NCBI GenBank assembly: GCA_951406725.2
Contig: OX597841.1
Coordinates: forward strand, 8,184,001-8,248,000
Direction of reading: 5' to 3'
DNA length: 64,000 nucleotides
Source: Octopus vulgaris
Taxonomy: Eukaryota
Shown in pieces: positions 13,086 through 24,817 of the stretch; within the stretch, counting starts at the first letter, position 1; every line of letters begins with the position of its first letter. Below the pieces are notes generated by a model. It searched no databases, was not told the origin of the DNA, and saw only the letters and a list, made by a program, of their open reading frames with translations. Made by a program: the position numbers and the translations under genes.

Positions 13086-13726
13086 CATGCAAGTGGCTGA
13101 GCACTCCACAGACACGTGTACCCTGAACGTAGTTCTCGAGGAGATTCAGCGTGACACAGAGTGTGACAAGGCTGGCCCTTTGAAATACAGGTACAAGAGA
13201 AACAGGAAGAAAGAGCGAGAGAAAGTTGTGGTGAAAGAGTACAGCAGGGTTCACCACCATCCCCTGCCGGAGCCTCGTGGAGCTTTAGGTGTTTTCGCTC
13301 AATAAACACTCACAATGCCCGGTCTGGGAATCGAAACCGCGATCCTCCGACCGCGAGTCCGCTGCCCTAACCACTGGCCCATTGCGCATGGCTCAGTGGT
13401 GAGAGCGTCGAGCTTACGATTGTGAGGTTGTGAGCTCGTATTCCGGACCGAGCTGCATGTTGTGTTCTTGAGCAAGGCACTTTATTTCACGTTGCTCCAG
13501 TTCACTCAACTGTAGAAATGACTTGCGACGTCACAGGTGCCAAGCTGTATCGACCTCTGTCTTTCCCTTGGATAACACTGGTGGCGTGGAGAGGAGAGGC
13601 TGGTGTGCATGGGCGACTGCTGGCCTTCCATAAACAACCTTGCCCGGACTTGTGTCTAGGAGGGTAACTTTCTAGGTGCAATCCCACGGTCATTCATGAC
13701 CGAAGGGGGTCTTTACCCTTCTTTAC

Positions 13727-13730
<4 letters not shown>
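13085..13730. mobile_element. Two different tRNA-derived SINEs joined head-to-head (13085-13385 minus; 13387-13730 plus)
   Basis: Minus head GGCCCAGTGGTTAGGGC..GGTTTCGATTCCC; plus head TGGCTCAGTGGTGAGAGCG.. with GTGTTCTTGAGCAAGGCACT core. Confidence 0.8.
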
Positions 13731-13772
<42 letters not shown>

Positions 13773-13894
13773 TTTATTTTTTATCTTTTACTTGTTTCAT
13801 CCAGTAAACTGGTGCTGTCATGAAAGACTCTTTTGTAGTCAAATGATATATATATACACACACATACTCAGATAGATAGACAAATAAACATGTT

Positions 13895-13942
<48 letters not shown>

Positions 13943-14367
13943 TATACACACACACAGATGGAGCAGGAGAGAGAGACACAGAGAGAGGGAGAGAGGGTGA
14001 AGAAAGAGTGAGAAAGAGAGACAGACAGATGGAGAGACATTTATATATAATATATTTGTGCATGTATGCATGCGTGTGTGCATGTGGCTGTGTGTGTGTG
14101 TATGTATGTGTGTGTGCGTGTGAGTGTATCTTTTATTAACTAAGTGATGATTTGCAACTGTGCAATTTTCTCAAAAATTTTCTGTACTTCTTCAAAATTT
14201 GACCTGAAAATATATTTGGATCTATCATCATATATTCAGTCTCGCCTTTGAAGAAATGTAATATTCTATTAAATCAATTGAACAGTAGTAAGGCACCACT
14301 TAGTTAAAAGAAATACCAACTCTGATTCTCTAACATACTGAGTACCTTCTTATATATGTATACATAT

Positions 14368-14407
<40 letters not shown>

Positions 14408-14436
14408 ATAAATCTCAGAGCGAGTAGCGGTAACAC

Positions 14437-14684
14437 ATCGTGACGCATATTTGTCATTTGAATATGGCTAACCCCTAAGGGTGGATGCTACTGTCGTTTG
14501 TAGCCCCAGGAAGATATCTCCTCCAGCTGACTATAGACACACTATCTGTGTCCTATCTGTGTCCTCTGAGAGGACATAGATAGTGTGTCTATAGCCAGCT
14601 GGAGGAGATATCTTCCTGGGGCTACAAACTACAGTAGCATCCACCCTTAGGGGTTAGCCATATTCAATTGGGAAATATGCGTCA

Positions 14685-14688
<4 letters not shown>
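14437..14688. repeat. Near-perfect ~250-bp palindrome (fold-back element)
   Basis: ATCGTGACGCATAT...ATATGCGTCACGAT, centre CCTCTGAGAGG. Confidence 0.92.
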
Positions 14689-14728
<40 letters not shown>

Positions 14729-14799
14729 ATATGTATGTATGAATATATATATATATATATGTATGAATATATAGTTATATACATATATATGTATTTATC

Positions 14800-16462
14800 T
14801 GTATTTCTGTAGAAAAGGTGTAGGTAGAAACTCTATAAGATGCACCAAGTGTAAGCTATGGACACATAAGTGGTGCAGCAATGTCAAAGGAAGGCTAACT
14901 AGGAAAATAGTTTTTGTATGTGGCAGATGCTCAGGAACAATAAACACTGAAAATGCTCTGAGACCAACTTCCGTCACTTTCCGGTGAGAAAAACTAGAAG
15001 TAGTTGATAGTTTCCGTTACCTAGGTGACCAAGTCAGTAGCGGGGGTAGGTGTGCTGAAAGTGTAACTGCTAGAGTAAGAATAGCTTGAGTAAAGTTCAG
15101 AGAGCTCTTACATCTGCTGGTGACAAAAGGCCTCTCGCTCAGAATAAAAGGCAGACTGTATGATGCATGTGTACGTACAGCCATGCTACATGGCAGTGAA
15201 ACATGGGCCATGACTGCTGAGGATATGCGTAAGCTCGCAAGAAATGAAGCCAGTATGCTCCAATGGATGTGTAATGTCAGTGTTCACACTCGACAGAGTG
15301 TAAGTACCTTGAGAGAAAAGTTGGACCTAAGCAGCATCAATTGTGGTGTGCAAGAGAGACGTTTGCACTGGTATGGTCATGTGATGAGAATGGCTGAAGA
15401 TAGTTGTGTGCGAAAGTGCCACACCCTGGCAGTTGAGGGGACCTGTGGAAGAGGTAGACCCAGGAAAACCTGGGTCGAGATGGTGAAGCACGACCTTCGA
15501 ACTTTAGGTCTCACCAAGGAAATGACCAGTGACCGAGACCTTTGGAAGTATGCTGTGCGTGAGAAAACCCGGCAAGACCAGTGAGAACATTCAAAATCAA
15601 AATCAAACCAAATATCAGAAAGCAGAACCAAATTGAGGTCGATCAACATCAGGGCCCCCGTGCAGGTGACACGTAAAAGCACCATCCGTTCGTGGCTGTT
15701 TGCCAGCCCTGTCTGGCCCCCGTGTCGGTGGCACGTAAAAGCACCATCCGTTCGTGTTCGTTGCCAGCCTGGCCTGGCCCCCGTGCCGGTGACACGTAAA
15801 AGCACCATCCGTTCATGGCCGTTTGCCAGCTCTGTCTGGCCCCCGTGCCGGTGACACGTAAAAGCACCATCCGTTCGTGGCCGTTTGCCAGCCCTGTCTT
15901 GCCCCCGTGTCGGTGGCATGTAAAAGCACCATCCGTTCGTGTCCGTTACCAGCCTCGCCTGGCCCCCGTGCCGGTGACACGTAAAAGCACCATCCGTTTC
16001 GTGGCCGTTTGCCAGCTCTGTCTGGCCCCCGTGTTGGTGGCACGTAAAAGCACCATCCGTTCGTGTCCGTTGCCAGCCTCGCCTGGCCCCCGTGACGGTG
16101 ACACGTAAAAGCACCATCCGTTTCGTGGCCGTTTGCCAGCTCTGTCTGGCCCCCGTGTTGGTGGCACGTAAAAGCACCATCCGTTCGTGTCCATTGCCAG
16201 CCTCGCCTGGCCCCGTGCCGGTGACACGTAAAAGCACCATCCGTTCGTGGCCGTTTGCCAGCTCTGTCTAGCACCTGTGCGGGTGGCACGTAAAAAGCAC
16301 CCACTACACTCACGGAGTGGTTGGCGTTAGGAAGGGCATCCAGCCGTAGAAACACTGCCAGATCAGACTGGGCCTGATGCAGCCTTCCAGCTTCACAGAC
16401 ACCAGTTGAACCGTCCAACCCATGCTAGCATGGAAAGCGGACGCTAAATGATGATGATGATG
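14800..16462 (+). mobile_element. 5'-truncated RTE-clade LINE with minisatellite 3' UTR and (ATG)n tail
   Basis: KGRLYDACVRTAMLHGSETW..RLHWYGHVMRM..GRGRPRKTW. Confidence 0.9.
15652..16298 (+). repeat. GC-rich minisatellite, ~59-61 bp unit, about 10-11 copies
   Basis: Unit CCCCGTGCCGGTGACACGTAAAAGCACCATCCGTTCGTGGCCGTTTGCCAGCTCTGTCTGG with two alternating variants. Confidence 0.95.
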
Positions 16463-16569
16463 ATATATGTATATATATATATATATATTTACACACACAC
16501 ATATATATGTATAAATATTAATATACACACTTAATTGCCTGTCTTTCCTGACTAATGGATTCTTAAATG

Positions 16570-16613
<44 letters not shown>

Positions 16614-17689
16614 GGCTATGTCCAGGTCAACTGTTTAAATTGTTACCCAATGATGGTGGATTGTATATTATGATGTAATTTTTTGACTACATTTAATAAA
16701 AGTCTACCAAAACGAAATTTTAAATGTTCTTCATGTTTACTATTTTATATGTGTGTGTGTGTGTGCGTATATAATCATAAAAAAAAACGAAGAAAGAAAG
16801 ACAACAAGAAAAAAACAACAATGTGGGGATGTTGTACATGTAAAGTGTTAATACGACACTCAGAGAAGGAAAGAGTGGTTGTTTTACTTTTCGAGTAAAG
16901 CTCTTCTCCTGAAACAGGAGACATAAGAAAATCCACAAGAAAAGGAAGGTGGAAAAAAGTCGCCAACAGTCCACATATATATATATATATAAGAATCCAT
17001 TAAACAAGAAAGAGAGGCACATGTATTGTCAATAGAGTGGGTGTATTAAAATGTGTAGAGGTTTTGACCATAAAGTCTGGATGCAGAGATGAAAATGACA
17101 AACTTATACTCAATCTGGAGATGTAAAAAACAAGAATATTAGTGACGTTTCCTAAATATCAAAACTCTATGGTCACACTGTAAAGTATAGTATTATAAAC
17201 TCATTTGAGCTGATACTATAGAACCATGTCAGCCCTTGAAACAAAGGCTGAAATTTTTAAGGTTTACTTCTAACCCTTGTTTGTGAAACCAATGGGTAGA
17301 ATCAAATGATATAGATCTATTATATTGCAATGTATAAATATTGGTTTGAAATTTTGGCACAAGGTCAGCAATTTTTGGTAGGGTGTAAGTCAATTACATT
17401 AACACCAGAGCTTGACTGGTACTCATTTCGTTGATCCCAAAAGGATAAAAAACAAAGCCAACCTCAGCAGAATTTGAACTCAAAACATAACTATGAATGA
17501 AATGCCACTAAACATTCTGCCAGCTTGCCACCTTATAAGTATTGTATTTATTTTATGAGCATAAATCCACAATTCTGTATGAGTAACATAGAGGTGTGGG
17601 TTCAAGTCCCACATGCACAGAAAACCCTACTTTTTTCTGCTGAGTGCTTATAAGCCCTAATATTAGACAATTTTCTTTAGTCAATACAC

Positions 17690-18050
17690 AGTGAGTGCTA
17701 ATAAATTTTCAGCTTCTAAAAAACGACCCAATAGTGCAATTTGGGAGACTGCAGCAGTCCGACTTGCCAGGAAAGAACGCCGTAAGGCTGAACAGGATTA
17801 CAAATTGCACAAATTAGAGATCAACAGGAAAAAGCGCAATAGGTCAGCCAACCACCTCAAGCAGGTGACAAAAAAGGCAGTGCTTGAATTTGAACAATGC
17901 ATTGCAACCAGCCCTGACAGCAAAGTGTTCTGAAAGTATGTGCACTCAAAGCAGAGATCTCACTCTCCAGTTGGTCCCCTTCGCAATTCCCACACAGGAC
18001 AGATTACTGGCAATCCCAAAGAATGTGCAGAAATCATTGCTGGATGCTAT
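17690..18050 (+). mobile_element. LINE ORF2 linker fragment (CR1/L2-like)
   Basis: ..K.F.K.V.SK..VGPL..G.IT..KECAEI resembles the EN-RT linker. Confidence 0.5.
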
Positions 18051-18054
18051 GCTG

Positions 18055-18154
18055 NNNNNNNNNNNNNNNNNNNNNNNNNNNNNNNNNNNNNNNNNNNNNN
18101 NNNNNNNNNNNNNNNNNNNNNNNNNNNNNNNNNNNNNNNNNNNNNNNNNNNNNN
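18055..18154. other. Assembly gap (100 N)
   Basis: Run of N. Confidence 1.
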
Positions 18155-19017
18155 CCTGTTTCTGTCTCAGTGTAAGCTTTCATCATCTGACACAAGATCA
18201 TCTCCTCCAATGTCCCCTCCCTTCTCAAAGGACCTTTGTCTTCCAAGTCACTTGGTGGCCCTGCTAGCACTGGTGCCATGTGAAAAGCATTCAGTCCACA
18301 CTGTGTAGTGGTTGGCATTTGGAAAGGCATCAAACTGTGAGAACCTTGCCAAAACTGACCTCACCTGTGCTTGTGCCATGTAAAAAAAGGTCCACTCTGC
18401 TGGGTGATTGGTTTTAGGAAGGGCATCCAGCCATAAAAACCCTGATAAAACAGATAGAGAAGTCTGGTGCCAGCTGCTGCCTGGCCAACTCCTGTCAAAC
18501 CGTCCAACCCATGCCAGCATGGAAGGCAGATGTTCAATGATTATGATAATGATGATGTTGACAGCAATGGTGATGATGATGGTTTCCCTTAAACTTGAAA
18601 TGAAGTGTGACCTGAGTGCAACCTTAAAACAAATTGTGATTGGTACACCATTTCACGTCTTGAAGTCTATGTTATTTTGGGGGATTTTTTTTTTATATTT
18701 GTGACCCAAGAGCAGGAGAAAGCTATGGAGTATCTAATGAACAGATGAGACAGTGAAACCCTTAAATTGCCAACCAAGATACACAACAGTAAATGTTGAC
18801 CGTGCAATAACACATGTGATCATCAGCTGCCTGAATGTCATCGAGGGGCTCCCCCCCCCCACGGTCACATGATGTTTTGGCTACAGCAAGATACAATACC
18901 AACCTCAGCAAAGACTGCCGCAGGATAAATATATTCAACACCTCTGCTAAGAAATACACACACCGACACACATACATATATTTACATAGACAGACAGACA
19001 GATAACTAGAGATACAC

Positions 19018-19070
<53 letters not shown>

Positions 19071-20307
19071 TACATCTGTAATACAATCAGTGGGAAGGAG
19101 AACATTTATGGGTAACTGCTTTGAAACCTTCAGCTCCTCTACGTTGATTATAAATCCATATTAATTCCAATTATTACTGACATTTTCAGGCATGCTTCAG
19201 TTTGCCCCATTCCAAATAAAGGCAGCTCATTTAACCCAATCAAGTATCACGCTATGGCTCTCACCTCAAACATCTCCCAGGTAATGAAAACAATGACCTT
19301 CTCCAACACGTTGAATCCCTCTCTCAGCCCAGTGACCATTAGCACATCTTGTGCTGAGCCCGATCCGTTGGGGACCGACGGTTTCTGTCATTCACCAGCC
19401 GGATAACATTTCTAAGATGTTCAGTAATAGCCACGTTGTTACCCCAAGACATCAATAAAACTTTTGTCCCTGTCTGGGATATGAATCTCCTACAAAAAAA
19501 AAAAAAAAAAGAAAATTCCCACGTATGGTTTCTACCCATTTCGCACCTCTTCAGTCAGTAGCTTCCAATCAGATCACACCATTGCAACTTATGTTGATGG
19601 AGCTCATTCCATCTCATTCAAATTAACTCTCGTGTACTTCCAGGGGTTTGGTTCTGTCACATCTTCTCTTCCTTCCATAAGCCAATCACCTGCTTTCTGC
19701 TAAATCCAACAATGACCATCCTCATGGAATCAATATGAACCTTCATTCCTCACCAATCTGCCTCAACCATTCACCCTGGACCACGTCCAAATAAGGGCTG
19801 CTCAACTGATTGGCATTAAACCCCTAAAGAACAGACTCTTTACTCTCCGGCATGTTTCCATCATGCCTGTGAAGGTCGCTGTTCATGTCCCTCTCCCATT
19901 CAGCAACCACAGATCCGCTCCTCTCTCTCACCTCTCTTCAATCCAAACTTCAGTCCTGGTCTGACCAATCCACGCCGTCCTTCTTTCCTCCCTGAAACAT
20001 CGACCCACCGTAATTGTCTTCTCCCTGCTCATATCTTTCTTGCAGGGGTTAGACCAGAACATTAATGACATGGTGTTGGAGGGTCTACAGAGGCCATGGG
20101 CTCTGCCCCGCCTTCCAGACTAAGCAAATAAAAACACATACATACATGCATGATGTATACACACATATACTTGTATATACATACAGCATCTTTCCATAAA
20201 TACACACTTTCAGCATCCATTAATACAAATACACATCTACACATCCATACACACGTAAAAACGTATATAGAGTTTAATACACACACACGCACACATAAAC
20301 ACACACA

Positions 20308-23089
20308 TCTTCTATATTTATAAAATTGAGTTTGTGTGTGTGTGTGTGCCTGTGTGTCAGTGTGTCTGTAGCCATTTATGTTTTTTATAGAAATCCACAT
20401 TCAATGTCCGATTGACCTCAAAATTTATACACATGCTCCACAAGGTCAGAGCTAGGTCATGGCAAGGAAATCACCCCCGTGACCTGCATGCATGATGGGG
20501 GGCATTACACATAAAGTGACCTTATGCGCACATGTGTTACTGAACTTTTGTTCACGCCTGAATTGCTCCATTTTACACGTTAATGTGTTATTTTGGGGGG
20601 AGAGAGCAAAAAAGATCATGCACCAACACGTTTTGCACCTCTAGCTACCCTTTTGACACATTTTTTGGCCCAATAAACGAAGCACTTAACCTTTCTTTGC
20701 CAGGGTTCAATGTAATGCTACCTTTAAAAAAGCCCTATTACTGCTTGCATACTTTTGCAAGCTTAACTCCGTTAACCATACCCATGCCTTAGTTGCTTGC
20801 AATATGGTGTTACTTATGGTGGGATAGAGACAACAAGGCGTGCATCATCACTTTTTTGCACCCCTACTCACCCTATTGACACTCTTAATTAAGCAAAAGT
20901 CATCCTTTGCCGGGGCTCAGTGCACTACTACGTTACAAACTTCCGCTGCCAAACATTTATTCAAACATACTAACGCTAAACTACGCCATTTGGAGCACTA
21001 ACTTTTTAGTTTTTGCCAAGTCCAATGTTTAAAATTGTGCACCCAAATCCATTCTAAGACACTGTTCATTCCTAGACGGGGATCACTGCGTTACCATGAC
21101 GGAAAGCAAAGGACGGTGGATTCACCGCACATGTTGGTCCGTATGAAGTAGACAACAGATGGATAGTGCCTTACTGCCCAATCCTGTCGAAGGCATTCGA
21201 TGCTCACATAAATGTCGAGCTCTGCCATTCTGTAAAGTCCATCAAATATGTGTGCAAGTACATCAACAAAGGCGCTGATGCTGCTGTGTATGGCCTGCAA
21301 CCAGATGGAGTCCGAGATGAAATAACGCAATACCAAGTAGGCAGGTACATAAGTAGTAACGAAGCCTTTTGGCACATTTTCGGGTTTCCACTGCATCAAA
21401 GGCATCCGCCAATCCAGCAGCTTGCAGTGCACCTTGAAATCGGAGAGCGTGTATACTTCACCGCTTCCACTGCTGCTCGACTGATTGAGCAACCAAAAGA
21501 TACAACACTCACGGCTTTCTTCAAACTCTGCCAGGTAAGACCTGTTTGCACAAGATCTGCTTTATCCTCAAGTCCCGTCATACTACACATGGAATAAGTA
21601 GCAGTGAAGGAAGTCAGGCCGAACCGTTGATGGTCACCCTGAGATTAAATTTGATAATTGCCTCGGCAGAGAGTACACGGTTCACCCGGGCCAACAAGAA
21701 TGCTTCTACCTCCGATTGCTGCTTCACGAGGTAAAGGGCCCAAAGTCCTTCGACCAATTAAAGGCTGTGAATGGCCATACATGTGCTACATTCAGAGAGG
21801 CTTGCTTACTACATGGGCTGCTAGAAGACGGTGTGCAGTGGGATGCTATGCTTGCGGAGGCTGCTGTTTCACAGTCAGCGAAAAGTCTCAGAGCTCTGTT
21901 TTCTGTACTCCTGCACATTTGCCAACTTCCCAATCCCCATTCATTGTGGTTAAAGAACAGACACGACCGACCAGAAGACTTCCATTACCAGGCCCAACTG
22001 CATCATACCTGCTTGCCAGCTGAAAAGGATTTCATTTACAACTGTGCTTTACTTGACATAGAGAACAAGACTGTTTCTCTGGGAGGTCATACCTTACCTC
22101 CATATGGGCTGCCGCAACCAGTGTGCCACGGGACGCCTTCAGTACCAACAGAGTTAATACGTGAAACGTCCTATGATACTGAAGCCCTTAATCAATACAT
22201 CCAGCAAAAGGAGCCCAAACTTCTGCCTGAGCAACAGAGGGCTTACAGTACCATCTTTGACCATATGCAGAAACAAAAAGCGGGTATTTTTTTCTTGATG
22301 CACCTGGAGGGACCAGAAAAAAACGTTTGTTATTCAGATTCTGATATAATGGAAATCCACACCATCTGAAATGTATTTGTTGAAAATTTCATTAAAAAAT
22401 ATCAATTTTTTCTGGAAGTTAGGAGGGAGGCACCTGTGTTAGTATACTTAATTAACTATAAACACACTGTCTGGTAACATATAAAATATAAACTGAAGCT
22501 AAAACTTATTAAAATATTCTTATTGTTTTTATTTCAACTTACCAGAGAATGGCTCCTGGCTCGTTTGACCAGTAAAGGTGAAGGAGTAAAAAAACGAAGA
22601 CATTTCGACTTGTCCGGGCTATTACAGACAAATTAACAACAATTTGACTCGAGAGATAAACACAAACCACTGCAAAACATCCACCAAATTAGCCGGAAAC
22701 ACACACACGTCCATTTCATGTATGTTCTTTCAATTTCTGCTCTCTGCAAATAAAATTATTATGGATACAACTACTTACAAAAATAGGGATTAACGTATAA
22801 TTTCTTCCTATGTTCATAATTAAATCAATGTTTTAATGATTAGACAGACGTCCAATAGAATAGCTCTCAGAAACAGACTACGTACAAATTCATTCTTCAC
22901 AACACCTGAAGCTGTTTTCTGACAAGGGGCAGTGGGGGTCAGGAAATTTTCATACAGCTGGAGGCTCCAATCGAAACAGGGGACCCAAAATGATAAGGTT
23001 GAGAAACACTGTTATAGATTAGGCCTAACTGAAAATGATCCCGTCCACATCATCCAAACAGACCGGGTGAAACTGCGCATAGCTGCGAG
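20308..23089 (+). mobile_element. Internally deleted Helitron with Rep/helicase fragment (~21090-22330) and extra cargo
   Basis: 5' A|TCTTCTATATTTATAAAA; VDNRWIVPYCP.L..FDAHINVE.C.SVKSIKYVCKYINKG, RYISSNEAFW, GPKSF..L..VNG, TFREAC; 3' decayed CCGGGTGAAAC hairpin then C(G)AG|T. Confidence 0.85.
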
Positions 23090-23623
23090 TGTATATATAT
23101 ATGAATGTGAATGTGTAGCTGGAGTTTACAAACACATTAGCTTCACTCAAGATTTTCTCATGTAAATTTTAATAAATTAAAAAGTTCTTTTGTTCAAGTA
23201 AATGTTTATTTCTACAATTTATCTCTATAGAAATGATGAATCTGTATTTTTTAAGTAGCCTCTCTATCTTACACTGTTGTTTCTTTATTATTTCAGAATA
23301 TCAGATGACATTGGCATAACTGAAGATACATTCTCATTATTTATCATCTTTTTAAAGACCAAAATGGAAATATTGTACAGAACAGATATATAAGATTGTT
23401 TCTCTAAATCTATGGCAGAATTCCTCTGATATATTTATTCTGAAATGTATTATTAGCAAACCTTCTGGACATCACTGGCTGGAGTGTCTACAAGATGAGC
23501 CTGTTTTCAGATTAAATGTGGATAAATTTAGTCACAAAACGTGACAAAGGTAACACTGGATAGAAATACAGTAATCCAAATATTTGGAAACAAAAGACTA
23601 TAGAAGCAAAATGAAAATATATA

Positions 23624-23788
23624 GGGGCAGGAGTGGCTGTGTGGTAAGTAGCTTTCTAACCAACCACATGGTTCCGGGTTCAGTACCACTGCGCGGCATC
23701 TTGGGCAAGTGTCTTCTGCTATAGCCCCGGGCCGACCAATGCCTTGTGAGTGGATTTGGTAGACAGAAACTGAAAGAGACCTGTCGTA

Positions 23789-23833
<45 letters not shown>

Positions 23834-24036
23834 TTGTGTGTCTGTGTTTGTTCCCCTAGCATTGCTTGACAACCGATGCTGGTGTGTTTACGTCCCTGTC
23901 ACTTAGCGGTTCGGCAAAAAGAGACCGATAGAATAAGTACTGGTCTTAAAAAGAATAAGTCTCGGGGTCGATTTGTCCGACTAAAGGCAGTGCTCCAGCA
24001 TGGCCGCAGTCAAATGACTGAAACAAATAAAAGAAA
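23624..24036 (+). mobile_element. Family A SINE inserted in the zinc-finger exon, with TSD
   Basis: AAAATATATA at 23614-23623 and 24037-24046. Confidence 0.9.
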
Positions 24037-24070
24037 AAAATATATATATTGTGATTTTCGAAGAAACATA

Positions 24071-24649
24071 ATGGAAAAGAGTGAGAAATTAAAGGAACTG
24101 ATTTTTCCTGAAGAAAAAGGGAGACAGAAATTGTCACATGACTGTGATGTCTGTAAAAAGTCCTTCTCTCAAAAGGCTTACTTAAATAAGCACAAACGTA
24201 TTCATACGGGAGAGAAACCATTTCACTGCGACATTTGTGGTAAATCATTCTTTCAGAAAAGTAGCTTGACGGCACACAAACGTCTTCATAAAGGAGAGAA
24301 GCCTTATCACTGTAATGTCTGTGGTACATCATTCTCTGACCAAAGTATTTTAACTACTCACATACGTGTTCATACAGGGGAGAAGCCATATCACTGCAAC
24401 ATCTGTGGCAAGTCTTTCTCTAAAAGTATTACCCTAACTAAACACAAATGTATTCATACAGGGCAGAAACCATTTGACTGTGACATCTGTGGTAAATCAT
24501 TCTCTCGAAATTATAACTTGACTGTACACAAACGTATTCATACTGGGGAGAAGCCTTGTCACTGTGATGTCTGTGGTAAATCATTCTGCCAAAGTGACAG
24601 CTTAGCTACTCACAAACGTTTCCATATAGGAGAGAAGCCATATGACTGA
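24071..24649 (+). CDS. C2H2 (Kruppel-type) zinc-finger protein with six intact fingers; array frameshifted after finger 6
   Basis: Repeats CxxC-KSF-L--H-R-H with HTGEKP-type linkers; ATG 24071; likely acceptor TTTCAG ending 23296; the upstream part of the listed ORF is SINE sequence. Confidence 0.85.
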   Translation: MEKSEKLKELIFPEEKGRQKLSHDCDVCKKSFSQKAYLNKHKRIHTGEKPFHCDICGKSFFQKSSLTAHKRLHKGEKPYHCNVCGTSFSDQSILTTHIRVHTGEKPYHCNICGKSFSKSITLTKHKCIHTGQKPFDCDICGKSFSRNYNLTVHKRIHTGEKPCHCDVCGKSFCQSDSLATHKRFHIGEKPYD

Positions 24650-24817
24650 TATCTGTGGTGAATCATTTCCTATAAGTACTTAATTAGTCACTGACATATC
24701 TATACAGGAGAGAAACCAGATCGTTGTGGAGTCTGTGGTAAATCATTCTCTTCAGCCAGTCTCTTCACTACACACAAACGTATTCATACAGGGAAGAATC
24801 CATTCCACTGTGATGTT
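24650..24817 (+). pseudogene. Remaining zinc fingers 7-9 (one broken, one intact out of frame, one truncated)
   Basis: GAC TGT GAT -> GACTGAT 2-bp loss gives the stop; later YTGEKPDRCGVCGKSFSSASLFTTHKRIHTGKNPFHCDV. Confidence 0.8.

Noticed and set aside
15377-16418. Long repetitive ORFs and a CRISPR-like look of the 60-bp array
   Set aside because: Units are contiguous with no unique spacers, no cas genes, eukaryotic LINE 3' UTR context
18700-18950. Unique coding-looking stretch
   Set aside because: No recognisable motif or convincing splice pair
23876-24070. N-terminal extension of the zinc-finger ORF
   Set aside because: Mostly SINE sequence bounded by a TSD; ATG 24071 is the more plausible start
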